DNA of 62,933 nt from Craspedostauros australis (GCA_030167865.1 JALAGF010006708.1:1-62933); one strand, 5' to 3'; positions 42,598 to 56,254 are shown, counted from the stretch's first letter. Made by a program: numbers and translations. The notes: generated from the sequence alone by a model not told the origin.

Positions 42598-45075
42598 ATG
42601 AGTGGTCCAGTTGCGAACGACGCCATGATGACGCCAATGCGCGCGGTCAGCAACGACGCAAGGTCCGATAAGTGGAGCGATCCAGCGCTTCCGCGCACAG
42701 GCACTCCTGCGAGCATTGCTTCCAGCATTGCTTCAGGCATCCATGATGCGTTGGCCAGCGCGCGTGATGCCAATCGTCAACAAGCCAGCGATGGCAATTC
42801 CGATAAAGCAAGCGAAGAGGATGGCATCGAGGTGCCTTCCATCCTGCAATCGCTGTTTGGCTTGGAGTTCATTCCATTCCAAGCGCAGGAGGGGGAGCAC
42901 CGCAAGTCCTCCTCCTCCGATCGGCCATCCAGAACGATAGCGCCCACAACCGTGTCTCAGGCCATGACGAGATCGCAGTCAATGCCAAGAGATCGCATCA
43001 GTCCACACTCGTCAGAACCAACGCCGACATTCTTGAGAGTCAAGGACGCTTTGGCGCATGCCGATGAGGTCCTCGGTGAACAGATTTCACAGCATGATGT
43101 GCTGAGTCTGAAGCAGGAAGATTCTCCGCTGTCTGATGGCAAAGCACCTCATGACGCGCAGGTCAAGGCTCCTGCCGTGTCCAGCACGGATCCCGCTGGA
43201 CGACAGAACGGTCACCAGCAGGAACAGCACTTGGATCATGGTGAGCATGGCAGCGGAAGCGGGCCGGGACCTTTGGTGGATGAACATAGCAACGACAATT
43301 CCAAAGGTCCAAAGAGGAAGGGATTGCGTCGTTTGCATCTCAAGAATATCCTGCGTGGACGACGGACCCCTGCGGCTGCCGAACACGCGAATGACCACCA
43401 CCACAACAGCAATGGTCATCACAGCAACGAGCATCATGAACGCAGACTCAACCTGCGTCTGTTTCGTCGCAATCGCGTGCCCACCTGGGATGGGGGCGCG
43501 ACATCGTCATTGAAGCCGTTGAATGAACACGCCAACGATCTGCATGCCTCCTTTTCGGCCGACGTGGACTTTCCGGATTCCACGTCCGATCTCAGCACCT
43601 CCGTGCGGGGTGGGTCGCAAATGGATGACGAAGAACACCAGCACCAGGATCACAGAGGTAGGCCCATTGCGCAATCGCAGCCACAACCGCGTTCCGACCT
43701 CCCGCTCATGAACTCCGCGCAATTCAGCGTCTGGATGCAACAGCAGCAGCTGCTCTTGGAGCAAAACGAACAGCATCTGCAAAAGATGCAAGAGGATGCG
43801 CTGGATGTTCGCAATGAGACCATCCTCATTTACGACCGCATCTCGATCATCCACGATGAAATCGATCAGCTGCAATCGGCGCTGAAATTGTCGCATCAGT
43901 CGCTGCAGAAGGAGCTGTCCAATCTCGAATACTCGCAACAACAGATCAAACGATTGGAAGAGGAAGCCGTCATGACGGCGAGGACTGCTGCAGCCACCGT
44001 CGCGCGCATGCAGAGCGCTTATCCCACCAACCGCACCGCGTTGATGCAAGAAATTAAGGTGCACAGCAGCCGGTCTTTGGTCGTCAAGGATATCGCGTCA
44101 TCGCCGGAACCAGCCACTCCACTCCGCAAACGTAGCCCCACGGAAGCGTCGCAGTGTTCATCATACATGCGGATTCATGATCTGAACATGAGTAACGCCA
44201 ACGGCGACAATCATGAGGCAGGCTCCCACGTGGCATCAGCAACGTCCTCGCTTGCGTCGCTGTCGTCGCAAGAATCGGGCGACATGTTCTACATCGACAA
44301 GGGCGTTGGCACTCTGCTGGATACCTTGTTCGATTTCGGACACAATATGATTATAGACGAGTCCGCTCGCTTCGTTCCCACCAAGGACACCAAGCACATC
44401 ATGGATCGATATCGGAAGCTGTCGCCGGGATATCCCAGCAAGGAAGATTCGTGGTTGCCGGATCAGGTTTGGCACACGGTCAAGCCGAAAGATATTTTGG
44501 TGTGGACGGGACATGTCGATCACAACGGCATCGGCAGCGATTGGCCCATCTGCAAGGGACGGGCATTGATGCGGGCGTCACCGCGCGAAGTGCTGGATTT
44601 GTTGTCCGATTCCAGTCAGATTAAGCGATACAACAAGATGTCGCAGGGACGCGAAGACTTGCACATCCTGCAAGCCGGAGTCGAAACCACGAGGGAGGAA
44701 AGCGTCTACGGATTCCCTGGTGCCGCCAAGATCACGCGCGCATTGAACAAACCGAAACTGCTGCCCAAGGCCATCGAAACGACATCGCTGATGCATGCAC
44801 GCCCCTTGCCCAACGGATCGTACATGACCGTCCTGCGGTCGGTCTTCGAAGATGCCGGAAACGCAACCAACAATCCGCGCGGAAATATCCTGACGGAGAT
44901 GTTGACGGGTGTGCTGCTGATGCGACCCGCCAATGCGGACGGTACCCTCACAGAGTTCACAACCCTCACACACGCCATGTCAACCGGCGTGCCAGAAATG
45001 TTTGCCAAACGTGCTGGTCCCTCATCGGCCTACAACATGATCAAAGATTTGCAAACCCTCTTCAAGAATCAGTAG
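42598..45075 (+). CDS. Coiled-coil + C-terminal START-like lipid-binding domain protein
   Basis: Long ORF with disordered N-terminus and coiled coil; C-terminal PICKGRALMRASPREVLDLLSDSSQIKRYNKMS...TEFTTLTHAMSTGVP resembles START domains. Start codon uncertain (42373 is an alternative). Confidence 0.72.
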   Translation: MSGPVANDAMMTPMRAVSNDARSDKWSDPALPRTGTPASIASSIASGIHDALASARDANRQQASDGNSDKASEEDGIEVPSILQSLFGLEFIPFQAQEGEHRKSSSSDRPSRTIAPTTVSQAMTRSQSMPRDRISPHSSEPTPTFLRVKDALAHADEVLGEQISQHDVLSLKQEDSPLSDGKAPHDAQVKAPAVSSTDPAGRQNGHQQEQHLDHGEHGSGSGPGPLVDEHSNDNSKGPKRKGLRRLHLKNILRGRRTPAAAEHANDHHHNSNGHHSNEHHERRLNLRLFRRNRVPTWDGGATSSLKPLNEHANDLHASFSADVDFPDSTSDLSTSVRGGSQMDDEEHQHQDHRGRPIAQSQPQPRSDLPLMNSAQFSVWMQQQQLLLEQNEQHLQKMQEDALDVRNETILIYDRISIIHDEIDQLQSALKLSHQSLQKELSNLEYSQQQIKRLEEEAVMTARTAAATVARMQSAYPTNRTALMQEIKVHSSRSLVVKDIASSPEPATPLRKRSPTEASQCSSYMRIHDLNMSNANGDNHEAGSHVASATSSLASLSSQESGDMFYIDKGVGTLLDTLFDFGHNMIIDESARFVPTKDTKHIMDRYRKLSPGYPSKEDSWLPDQVWHTVKPKDILVWTGHVDHNGIGSDWPICKGRALMRASPREVLDLLSDSSQIKRYNKMSQGREDLHILQAGVETTREESVYGFPGAAKITRALNKPKLLPKAIETTSLMHARPLPNGSYMTVLRSVFEDAGNATNNPRGNILTEMLTGVLLMRPANADGTLTEFTTLTHAMSTGVPEMFAKRAGPSSAYNMIKDLQTLFKNQ

Positions 45076-45166
45076 AGTGTCAATACCGATGCAATGCAGA
45101 AATGGCATTCGATTATAACGCAATAAGCAACAGTCTGGAGCATGCGAATGTGTGACACTATTCGAT

Positions 45167-46130
45167 TCATTCTATTTCAACGCCGTCCTTCTCTGCCATT
45201 CTCGTCATCAATGCGGACCATTTCCGCATCAGAACATCGACGTCCTCCTTCATCAACGTCCCACATCCACCCCACACCAATCGATCGGGGATATCACCAA
45301 TGTCTTCACCCACGTACTTGACCACTTGAAATCCAACTCTGCGATAGTAACGCACAAGGCGTTTGTGTTGGAATTCTTCATCATCGATGGCCAGGAATTC
45401 TCCCACCGTGCATCCCTTTTCTTTCGCTGTGACGCACGAGTGCGGGTTGGTTGCAAAAGTTGAAAATTGGTGTGTAGAGCAGAGCAGAAAAGAGCAGTAT
45501 TGTTCTGATAAGTTGCTGTGTGGAGCTTCGTAGAAATACAAATCAGACAGCGTACCTCTGCAATGCAACGCACTCATCGATATGCAGGGCAATGCAACAG
45601 ACATCGAAGAGCACTCGGAAGGACGTACCATGCAACAGACATCGATATCCCATTAGCAATCCGACGCCGAAGCTGACGCCACCGAATTTGGCGGTACCGG
45701 GCTGCGCCTTGCGCGCTTGCTTCAGCTGCGGCTGGAAGACCTCCATCTTATCCAGATGCAGAATTTGTCCGGTGGGACGCACAAATCCTTCGACGTATCC
45801 CAAGACATCCTGTGTCTTCGTACGTGCGACGGATCGGTATCCCGGACCCAGCGTCGTCAAAGTGACATTGACACCCTGGCTTGTGGCGTACTGCGTCAGT
45901 TGTTGCAAGGACCAAAGATCATCTTCTTGCTGTTGTTGTTGTTGCTGTTGTGCGGTTGAGTGAATGGAAGTCGAGGGTCTGGACAACGCTGACGAGGCTG
46001 ACGAGGCTGCCGATGATGATTGTAGTGGTTGAGATGGCTGGAATGGTTGGAATGCCCAGGATTTGGAGAGGAGCACGATCCAGCAAAAGCTGCACAGGAT
46101 CCAGCCTACGTTGTGATTGCAGGTCGACAT
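45167..46130 (-). CDS. Plastid-targeted GNAT-like conserved protein, 2 exons
   Basis: Exons 46130-45629 and 45426-45167. Presequence SWA-FQP; ILHLDKM, FLAIDDEEFQHKRLVRYYRRVGF, DRLVWGGCGTLM. Confidence 0.75.
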
Positions 46131-46680
46131 GTTGGACTGAACTGTTGAGTGGTTTAGTGTTGGCAGTTTGATCTGCCGACCAGTGGTTGCGAATGGGCTT
46201 GCTTCGTTCAAGCTGTATGTGGAGGTGGAGCAGAACTGAGATGCGTTGTTGGCACTGCTGGCACACTCCTGTTTGGCTCGGAGTGATGGATCCACCCATT
46301 CGTACACGTCACAAAATCATCACGATCTGTGTTGGCGACGATTTTTGGCGGGAAAACGGACGCATGACAGACGTCATCTCTCTGGGCAATCAAAATGTTG
46401 GCTCCATCCTTCCTGCCAACTCCTTGTGCGATCTCCTCACACTCGTATTGTCAACACGAATGTAGGTGAAGCACATGCACAAGTGGTCGCAAATAATATG
46501 ATACAAGCATTCCATACGGTTATGGCAACGTTTTCATCGAGTGGAGGTTATTGGCTAGAAGTTCGTCGTGCGTCATGGTTTGTATCTGTTTTCTACCACG
46601 CTGCTGATGGATTTATTGTCTTCACGGTAGTTCTTTGCCTGGCATCCCTCCCCTCACACGTTACGCCAGCTCACTTCATC

Positions 46681-47604
46681 TCACTTCACCTGCTTGCGCC
46701 TTTTCTGTTGCGCAGACTTCGTGTTGGCAAAATTGATCGGCACCAAGCCGCGTTGACTGTGTCCCGGATTCTCGCTGTGCACACCGATCGTCGTGTTGGT
46801 GCGGCACCAGTACGTGTCTCGCCCACGCTTCTTGCTCGCCGCATCGGATCCATCCACCAACCGACCGCGTGAAAAGAGCAGGGCTTCTTCTGACAGTTTT
46901 CCAATCGGCACGGCCGCGACGGCGCTGGCGGTGGTCTGGATCTGATGCTGATCCAGCACGACGACGCGCATGTTGCTGTCGACTTGCTTGCCCTCCGGAT
47001 CCTTCAGCGTTTCCTCGTGGTTGACAACGAATGTCGTGTGCTTGCCCTTGCGTTGGAAGTCGGCGGCGCGTTCGGCCTCCTCTTTCTTCTTTGCTTCTTC
47101 GTTGCGCATAGAGTCCACCTGGGCAAAGAAATCCTCGTCAAAGTCGGCATCATTGTCGTCATCCTCATCATCTTTTTGAAGAGCTTTCTTCTTTTTCTTT
47201 TTCTTCTTTGATTTCGTTGCACTCAACGCCGCACTTTCTCTTTGCTGCTGTCTCTGCAACATCAATTCATCACGCGCCTTGCTCGTTGTCACCTCCTCAA
47301 TGGCGTCATCGTCATCATCGTCATCATCATCGTCGTTATCGCCATCTTGCACCACAGATGCTGGTGGATCTTCCACATTGGCTGTGTCCTGTTCTAATTC
47401 TTCCAAATCATCGTCCGTGAATTTGATCTTCCGGTTTGAGCTCGTCTTGGCCGCATCGTCAATCTGCACGTATCCCACGCTCTTGGATTTGAGCTGCTGC
47501 TTCTTCTGCAGACGCTGTTGCTGCCGTTTCTTCTTCTTGGAAGATGACGGTGACTTGGATGCTGATGGCGGTGCCACTTCTTCATCTTTTGATGTGTTCG
47601 TCAT
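46681..47604 (-). CDS. Acidic/lysine-rich, probably nucleolar, protein
   Basis: 307-aa ORF with poly-D and poly-K tracts and DDAIEEV. The nucleolar call is compositional inference only. Confidence 0.7.
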   Translation of the reverse strand: MTNTSKDEEVAPPSASKSPSSSKKKKRQQQRLQKKQQLKSKSVGYVQIDDAAKTSSNRKIKFTDDDLEELEQDTANVEDPPASVVQDGDNDDDDDDDDDDAIEEVTTSKARDELMLQRQQQRESAALSATKSKKKKKKKKALQKDDEDDDNDADFDEDFFAQVDSMRNEEAKKKEEAERAADFQRKGKHTTFVVNHEETLKDPEGKQVDSNMRVVVLDQHQIQTTASAVAAVPIGKLSEEALLFSRGRLVDGSDAASKKRGRDTYWCRTNTTIGVHSENPGHSQRGLVPINFANTKSAQQKRRKQVK

Positions 47605-48201
47605 TGTGCGGATTGGATTGGATTGGGTTGGATTGATGTCTACCGACGAACAATCTACGCTGCTATTCTCCGACTTCGTAGCAATGGAAGGTCTCTTTTG
47701 CAGAATGCTGATGGTGCTGCGTCTCTCCAGTCAATCTCTTCGTTTATTCGTATACTTCCAGATTACGAGTGCGTACGATCTATGGGATTAGAATATATTA
47801 TATGCCTTTGCGTGTTGTGATGGCCGATCGGTGATGTTGCGGTCGACCACCATCGTCGATGTTGTTTGTGTTGCGCTTTTTGTTGGATGGGGCGATGGCA
47901 CGGATGACGGAAGGACAGCAAGAGCAATTCTACGTTGGTGAGAATAGTCGTGGTCGACATGTCCACTTTTTCCGCACCATGTTTCGACCCGTCTTGTCCA
48001 ATCACCAGCTCTTCATCCCAAATGATGGCACTGCACTCGTACGACTACAAATGGAAAGTAACATCTGCACTTGCATCGATGATGGGTGTACGCTAGTTGT
48101 TACTTTGATATGCTATGCATGCGTACCTTCGTCACTAAAATGTGCATGTGAAGCCTTCCTGGTTGAAAGCACCTCTCTTGTGGCGTCTCTTCTCCTCTGC
48201 T

Positions 48202-50180
48202 TTAGTTATTCATGTGATCTGGCAAGAAGTCCTCTTCTGTGCAGTGCCACACCTCACGGCCGACGGAATCTTGGAGCGGCCGTGCGACACCCTGCTCGAA
48301 GTGAATGCTGGTCTTGCGGCAATCATCCGCCACGTGCGTGAAGATCAGTCGTTTCATCTGCTCCACTTGTGCGAACGAGACCAGCATGGGTTTGTCCATG
48401 ACGAACCACGACACGATCTCGGTGCACGGCGGTTCGGTCAGGGATCCGTGGTATCCGTAGAAGTAGTAGCTCGGCATCATCTTCATGCTGTACGGGGACC
48501 ACTGACGAGAATTCACTTCGCGTGCGTTGCGGGCCTTGCGAGCGACGAAGTCGGGGTCGTCGTTGAGGTTGGATTGCGATGCGAGGTCGTCGTAGGCGTT
48601 CGTCGTCGAATTTTTGTCGAACAGCGAATGCATGGAGGAGAGGTAGCGGTTCTTGTTGCGACGTTGCGAGGCGCACGCGGCGCTGTTTTGGTCGTATTCG
48701 TCTTGGAAGGTATCGAGGATGAGCTGAAGATCCTCATTGTGGGTGTCTTCACCGGCGCGCATGACGACGGAGATGGTGGGAAGACGCTCGCGTCCTGGAT
48801 GGATATGGTAGACTTGCATCTCGCCGTCGAAGATGTCACCGTTGATGCGATGCTCCGCCGGGACCTTGAAATCGATGTGGATGGTGTCCGCGAAACCGCC
48901 CCAACCTGTTGTCGTCAGCATCGTCGTCGTTGAGTGGAAAAAGAATGGAGAAAGCCAGTCCAAGGATGAGTGAGTGAGAGAATCGTGAAAGGGTGCGGCG
49001 CTGTGTATCATTGAAGATTCTCACACCAACGTAGTGAAATCGATTCGTTGAGGAGACGCAAAAACGTACCATTTGGAAAGTCAGCGGCTGGAGGATCGGG
49101 TTCAGCGCATGCTTCGTGCAACGGATTGCCGCATGGTCTGCGCTGGTACCAGAGGCGCAGCTTGTTGCCTTGGATCTGCTTATCAACACCAGCCGAACGA
49201 ACTCCATGATCTCCTCTCTGTTGTGTGGAAACAAGGGCGACGCGGCAAATGTGAGCAGCGATGCACGTATGCATGTGTGAGAAACAGGGGTGGTGTTGTA
49301 AGTCGTCACAATCGACACGCACACGAGACCGACAAGCAAATGTATCCAAAAACTCCGAATTCTGCAACTGCATGCATGCGCATCCAACACACACTCTCGA
49401 CTACAGCAGAGCTCCACTGCAAAGTCGTCGGCCACGTACCCTCACACGAATCTGATGATGCTCAACACAGGCCACGCCCGACATGCGCACATCGATGGGA
49501 CTCTGATGGCCGGTATTGCCACAACGATTCCAGAACATGTTGCGTTCCTCCAGAGTGCCGCGCCAGGCTCCCCATCCGTAGTCGGTGAATTCTTGCCAGT
49601 AGTAGTTGCTGTCCGGCCTCCAGTCCTTCCAACCGTTGTTTTGGTATTCTGCGACGAACATATTGTCCTCGTTGCGGACGATCGCGGGGTAACCGGGGCC
49701 ATGCTTGGCATTGTCGTCGGTGTTGTAGTTGAAGTAATCGCGCGGTGGAAAGAGCGGCTCCTCGTTCTCCGGGTAGGGATCATCCGTGGGCGAGGCAGTG
49801 GGAGTGGACGTTGGCCGCGTCGTCGGAGTGGAGGTGGGAAACAAAGTCGGTGCCTTGGTGGTGGGAGCCGTCTCCGTTGGGCTGGTGGTCCTCGTGGGAG
49901 ATGTACTGGGTAGTCGAGTGGGCGCAGCGGTCGGATTCCGGGTCGGTGTGGATGATGGCAGCAGCGTGGGTGACAATGTGGGCGATTCGGTGAACAGGAG
50001 GGGATCGCTCTCCGCCTTCCACGCGTGCGACACGGAGTTCACATACTCCCGCTCATGCAAGGTGGCGATGTCCTTCCATGTTCTCGCCTTCACTTGTGGA
50101 GCTATCGAAAGGACGATCAGCAGCAAGCTGAAGAGCTTGTTGATCAGTGATGATGACGATGACGATGACATGGACACCAT
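48202..50180 (-). CDS. Secreted alpha-carbonic-anhydrase-like protein with Pro/Thr-rich stalk, zinc ligands substituted, 3 exons
   Basis: Exons 50180-49440, 49217-49070 and 48905-48202. Motifs HQSPIDV, PAEHRING, FDGEMQVYH, YHGSLTEPPCTEIVSWFV, VARPLQ. Confidence 0.87.
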
Positions 50181-50958
50181 CGTTGCGTTCTGTTTGATTT
50201 CGTTCTTTCACAAGCAGTAGAAGTAATTCCAAGTAGTTCGTATCCGATGATGACAGTGTGGCAATGCTGATGGTTGCACTGACAATGGATTATGATGACA
50301 TGTGAGCCTGGGGAGATGTTCCGCATCGTACGTATGACCATGACATCACACCCACAATCGCAAGCACGCCACTTCTCTCTGCTGAATGAAAGAAGCAAGG
50401 GTGATTGCGGCGATTGTGTGGTGTGTTGGCGCACTGCTTCATTCGTCTCGCAGCAAAATGATGGCCGAATTTGTGGAGCGAAACGACGTGAACGTAACGG
50501 ACGCATTTCGAATTTTGCCGCCATTTGGCATGACTGGAAAGTTGATGTTATTTCGACTACCGACTCGATGGATCAAACTAAGGACTGTTTGAGTTTGTTT
50601 GAATTCGAATGAAATGACGTCGGACCCATGACCTGATGACGTGGGATTCAACCGCGGTTTTCGCCAGTTTCCCCGTTTGTGCTGTTGTTTTTCGCGATGG
50701 ACGAACAGCGCAGCGATGGTGAGTGTGCCCGATCCGAACTTTTCTACGAGGGGGCGCAACGCGGTGCCGTGGTTGTTCGCGTTACGCGTTGGATCGACAG
50801 CAACATGCGGATTGCGCCAACAGCACCAAGAAGAGACGAAAGAGGCACGAAGCAAGCGCAACGGCATCAGCCTCCACCAACATCAACCGCAACATCAGCA
50901 AGAGGTTCATCCGGATCATCATCTCTTCGAACCGCCCGTACGAAAGTAACTTGTCAAG

Positions 50959-52149
50959 ATGAACGCCCTGCGCCTTTCCACACGCCTGGCTCCCAGAGCC
51001 TTCGGAATGGCCAAGACATTCCGAACCGGCGGAGCCACCAACAGTGAGTCGAGCTGATTCGGTCAGAGTTGTTGGTGGAGAGTCAGGTCGAATGGGTTCT
51101 TTGCAGAGTATCCACGTTGGGTCTGCGGGTAGCTGCGTCGCCGCCAATGATGCCGTGCTCGTGGTAGCCAAGCGTGGTAGTAGGACAGATGGATAAGTCG
51201 CCTTGATCGTGACCATGATGATGGGAGAAAGGAGGTGTTCATGGACGTCTCTATTGTCTACTTGTTGTCTCTTTCGTCGGAGCCGCGTTGGATGCAATGC
51301 AGTTGTTGGCATTCGAATTCACACCTCCGGTTGCACCGACCAACAACGCTATTGCAACAATAATAATAGTATGGCTAACACACACATACACACTATCACA
51401 TCCATTTGATCACTCTTCGCCCCGTATACAACTCCCACATACGCTGACAAACACACGTATTCATATGCACATACATCCGCACATGCACATCCGTACGCAA
51501 ATACACACCATCTGCAGCCTTCGCACGAGCATTCGCCGCCGGCGGATCCAAGAATGTCCCGGTCGCCTCCGGAGTCCCAGAGATGCATGAGCTCGGAAGT
51601 GTGGACACCGGATTCTACGATGACCGCATCGACAAGGCCCAGGAGCCAGAGAGACGCGCCTTTGCCTACATGATGCTCACCACTGTTCGATTCGCCTACG
51701 CCTCCTTCGCACGTCTGCTGGTTGTGAAGTGTGTTGCCTCGCTCAGTATCTCCGCTTCCGCCGCCGCCTTGGCCACCGCCGATTTCGATCTCTCCGACGT
51801 CGACTTCGGCGAGACCATCACCGTCAAGTGGCGTGGAAAGCCAATCTTCATCAGACGTCGTGTGGCCGCAGAGATCGACGAGATCCGCTCCATCCCATTG
51901 GAGCACCTGCGCGACCCAGAGACCGACATGGACCGCGTCATCAACCCAGAATGGATCATCGTCATTGCCATCTGTCCGCACTTGGGATGCGTGCCAGTCT
52001 CCAACGCCGGTGAATACAATGGATGGTTCTGCCCTTGCCACGGATCCCACTACGACCTCAGCGGACGCATCCGCAAGGGACCAGCCCCGCTCAACCTCGA
52101 GGTGCCACCATACAAATTCATCGATGAAAAGAACCTTCTCATCGGTTAA
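50959..52149 (+). CDS. UQCRFS1: Mitochondrial cytochrome bc1 Rieske iron-sulfur protein, 2 exons
   Basis: Exons 50959-51043 (MNALRLSTRLAPRAF presequence) and 51518-52149. KWRGKPIFIRRR, CPHLGCVP, CPCHGSHYD, GPAPLNLEVPPY. Confidence 0.95.
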
Positions 52150-52707
52150 ACGACGCGCTGCATTGCATGCAGCGTAGCCTCACGTCATGTTGCATACACG
52201 TACCATCGAGATGATCAAGCATCATCCCCCCTGGAGCACCCTTTCTTGTGCGCACATCGGCAAGAGCTCAAGAGTGCTTCAATCGACAGTGAGAGACTAA
52301 AAGTGCCCATGATAGTGCTCTAGATTATAGGACTCTATTCCTCTCTTGCGCACACAGTGTAGAAGCGACCAATCCGTCGTGGCCAAGTATTGCATCTGAT
52401 GTGCTCGAAGATGGGATGGTACCACGCATGGCTGATAACGCAACGCGCATGGATTGACAGACTCGCAAACGCCAGGCACGATGCATCGCAAAGAATCAAC
52501 GCAACCCCTCGTTCCCTCAAGATTCAACAATGGAAGCTCGTTCGTTGTCCACAGCGATGCTTTCATCTGCATCTGGAGTAACGACTTTCTATTGACTTTT
52601 ACTCCTGCTCGTACTAGTGCCAGCGCATACCTGCTTTCTCTAATGTATAGTATGTACTCATATGATGTGATACGGTACCACCAACTCACTCGTACTCCCC
52701 TTGTACT

Positions 52708-55700
52708 CTACACCATGTCATCACCAAGATTGTCATTGCTCGCTGGCTTTGCGTCGGCGACAGGTTCGTCGCTGGCAACCGGCGCCGGATCCGCTCGAGG
52801 GATATCGTCCGGCTTGAACACCGCGATCGAACGCTTGTCCCAGTGCAACGTCCCGGAGCACACCGTGCTCACGATCACATTCCAAATGTACGGCACGAAG
52901 AAGCTTTCCGAATCGTGCTCCTCTTCGTAGCTGCATCGGTACTCTGCCTTGGGGAAGCTACGATCGTCCGCCGCGTCTGGTTTGGCATTGTACTCGCATT
53001 CCAATACGTTCATGGCTTCGGCCGCCGACCATCCGCCGCGTTCTTGGATCACCGTCGTGGCCTGGCTGATGGCGTCCCAAATGTCGGTCGTGGCTTTACT
53101 TTGTGGCGCGGCCTTCAGGAGGGGGTTCAGATCCGATTGGTAATACACCAGGGCGTACAGCAGATGCAGATTGCGATGGATCTTGGATTTGGCGAGGCAT
53201 TGGTGCAGGGCGTACATAATAGTCTCGACGGCCTGCGCTTGCATGGCATCGCCGTCATCGCTGGCGGCATCCTGTTTGCGGTCGGCGGCGTATCGCCGAA
53301 GGATCGTCACCGTGACGGACGCCAAGCGCATTGCGGCGTATTCGTGCAGGTTCACGATGGTCGGTGCGATGTTGGTCAGGATGGCGCAGCAGTTGCTCAG
53401 TACGAAGGGGTCTCGCAGGCGCACCAGTCCGAATAGCAAGCACCGCAACAGGCACAGCAGCAGCAACGATCCAAAGTTGATGTTGCGCAGCTGTCGTTCC
53501 TTGTACCATGCAACTTCGGCGACGTCGATGCGTTGGAATGCGTCGTTGCCGAACGAGATATCCTGCGAAAAGATGAGAACGAGGATGAGGCAGACATAGA
53601 TGTGCGATGTGGAACGCAGGGTCGTTTCCTCGCTGTTGCGATCAGTGCTGTGCCTGGTGGTGTGTTTTGCGTGATGGACGCGGGATGAAGTGTAGTTGTA
53701 TAGTATGCGCAGTATCGGTGAAACCAAGGTATCTCTGTCCGACCGGACCGATATGGCCTCCGCGAATGATGGCGCGGACTGGAGCAAGGTGTAGAGGAAC
53801 AGGTCCGCGCTCTCCGTGTGCAAAGTTTGCCCCAATGTACCTACCAACGATTCGACGTCCACCTGCAAGCAGTTTCGCTGATGTCGGCTGTCATTCTCAT
53901 CGAGGTACTGCGCATCTGTTGACGAAGTCCCCGTGCCACCACCACCATTCTGATCTCCGTTGGTGAACGGATCGATCGTACTGCTGCTGCCATTGCCGCT
54001 GCCGTCCTTCACCAGCAAGGGCTCCCATCGTTTATCCGCAAACGTGTGCAACACCGCACGGAAAGGATGTTTGCAAGTGCTCTCGTTTCGGAAATTGTTC
54101 GCGAGCACCACGACAAGGGACGTGGCAAGATCCGCAACGGGCGAATCCGATATCCACAGCACGTCGTGCGAGGCTGCGCCATTGCGCGAGGAGAGCAACG
54201 CATGCTGCATGGAACTGCCGTGCGCCCAAAGTCCGATGACCAACCGCACGAAGCGCCATGGCAGCAGGACGACCGAGCTGAGGATGCCGTGCGTGGTATC
54301 GGCAATGAATGTGGACGCATCGAGGCTGGTCCTCTTCTTTCGCGCAGTTCCATTCTCCGAGGAGGCATGGTGGTGACGGTCGTCGTATTCCACATCCCTG
54401 GCTGTGGATGCAAACACGATGTCTGGCGCATCGTGCAGTCCATCCTGCACCGTCCTCGCCTTCGTGTTCTTCGCGATGTTGGTGCCGATGTCGCGGAAGT
54501 AGTGCGCGATACTTCCAGGCGGACATTCCGGTCGGCCAGTGATGATTTCCATGCAAGCGGACATCAATTTGTTTGGATTCCAATGCTGCGATGATGCGTT
54601 TGATGTCGACGACACTGACGGCGGTCGTATTGATTGGGTGCGACTGTTCGCATGATGTTCCAGTGGCGATATTGATCTGCCTTGGTTTGCACCTCGGTTC
54701 ATCATGTGGTCAAGTGCGTAAAGTGTTGTTCTGTTGCTGCCATTGCTCGTGTTGCTCCCATTGCTCCCATTGCTGCTGGCGGCATCATACGATGAGACGA
54801 AGGGGCTGTACAGCTGCGTGGACGACAGCACGACAATGAAATCCAAGGCGAACACGACCGTGTCGTAAACCTCCGGTATTGTCCATGCTTTGCTTGATGC
54901 TTTGTTTGCTGCTGTGTTCATGATGGAAACAAGGTCCAGGATTGAGTCGATGAGATGCGTTCCCGCATCGATATCCACCTCATGATCCTTGCGTGAACGA
55001 TACACCATCGCATCCTCCATCGTGACGATCGCAGCATCCGATCGACTCGATTGAATGATGAGCTCATGGCAGAACATCATACACAGCTTGATGGCACCGC
55101 TCGCAATTCTGGCCGTCTGCACGAGGTTGCTCATTTGCGGAATGTCGTTGGTGCTGCAAGCGCGCACTGCCGTCACGACGTGCTGCACGTGCAACGAGGC
55201 ATGCAAACACAGCGTCGCCAGGTTGGAACTGAGCGCCGCATTCTTGGTCATGTTCTGACATGCCCGATGCATGACGCCATCCTTTTGATTCGGTTCCACG
55301 TGCACCCACACATCGCAGCCAAAGATGATCTCCTTCCACCGCGTGTCGTCCCACGCAATGTGCGCCGGGGAGCAGGATTGCAGCAGCAGAACCGCGAGAT
55401 TATCGTTCTCGTCAAGGCTGTTGGCTCTCTGCGTCGGGGGGTTGTGTACAGCATGGTGCGCATAGTAGTTTCGAAGGACATGGGATAGAGCAGAGTAGAG
55501 GAGGTTCGAATGAAGCATCGTACTCGTAGTTGCAGTGAAGACGATGGCGACGACAACAGTGATGGGCGTGAGCATCGCGGAATGGAATGAGTACGAGCAA
55601 TAGCAACACGAGTACGACTATGGCAAACCATCCATCATCGCAATGAACGAATCTCCCGCACCTCCAAGCGACGCAATACTGTACAATACAATGCAACACA

Positions 55701-55780
55701 ACGATGGCCCACGGAGAAGCACACTGCAGATACACATACATGCGCACGATACGCACCTTTGGATCTCCCCACATTGTCAT
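52708..55780 (-). CDS. DYM: Dymeclin
   Basis: LYTLL, LIFSQD, WYKERQL, RLRDP, LHEYAAMRL, NLHLLYALVY, YEEE....FFVPYIW. Main exon ~55428-52708. A tentative 24-nt first exon 55780-55757 (MTMWGDPK|GTGCGT) is phase-compatible; the 5' end is uncertain. Confidence 0.88.
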
Positions 55781-56254
55781 TGCATGCTTGAATGTTGGAT
55801 GGCCAATGATGCCAACAGACGGATGGCTTCGTTTGCTGTGTGTGTGCAACGATTCTTGTTGTGTCTGTTTCGGTTGTCGTTTTGGTCACAGGTTTGTGCT
55901 CTTTGAGGTGTCACCGCGAGAACGTCGATTCCTCGTGGCGAATTTTCGTTTTCGGATCTAGCCTCGATTCCATGCTAGCCGCTGGCAGAACAATGGCGCA
56001 CTCTCCATGTACTATACTCCCCCTGCACCGATCTCGCTGCTACTGACGCATGCTGACAATGCAGTCGAAATCGCACAGTGGAGTTCAAGTCCCATTCTAT
56101 TATAATAGTTGCATTGTAAATTGTTCCTGTGAGCAGTTCCTTGTTGCTTGTTGGTGGCGGACTTGGATCCACTCTACCCTCTATCCCCCATCTCTCCATC
56201 CCACGCGCTCTGCTGTCTGCCGCCGCGTGAACGTCACGCTCGGCGCATCTCGGC

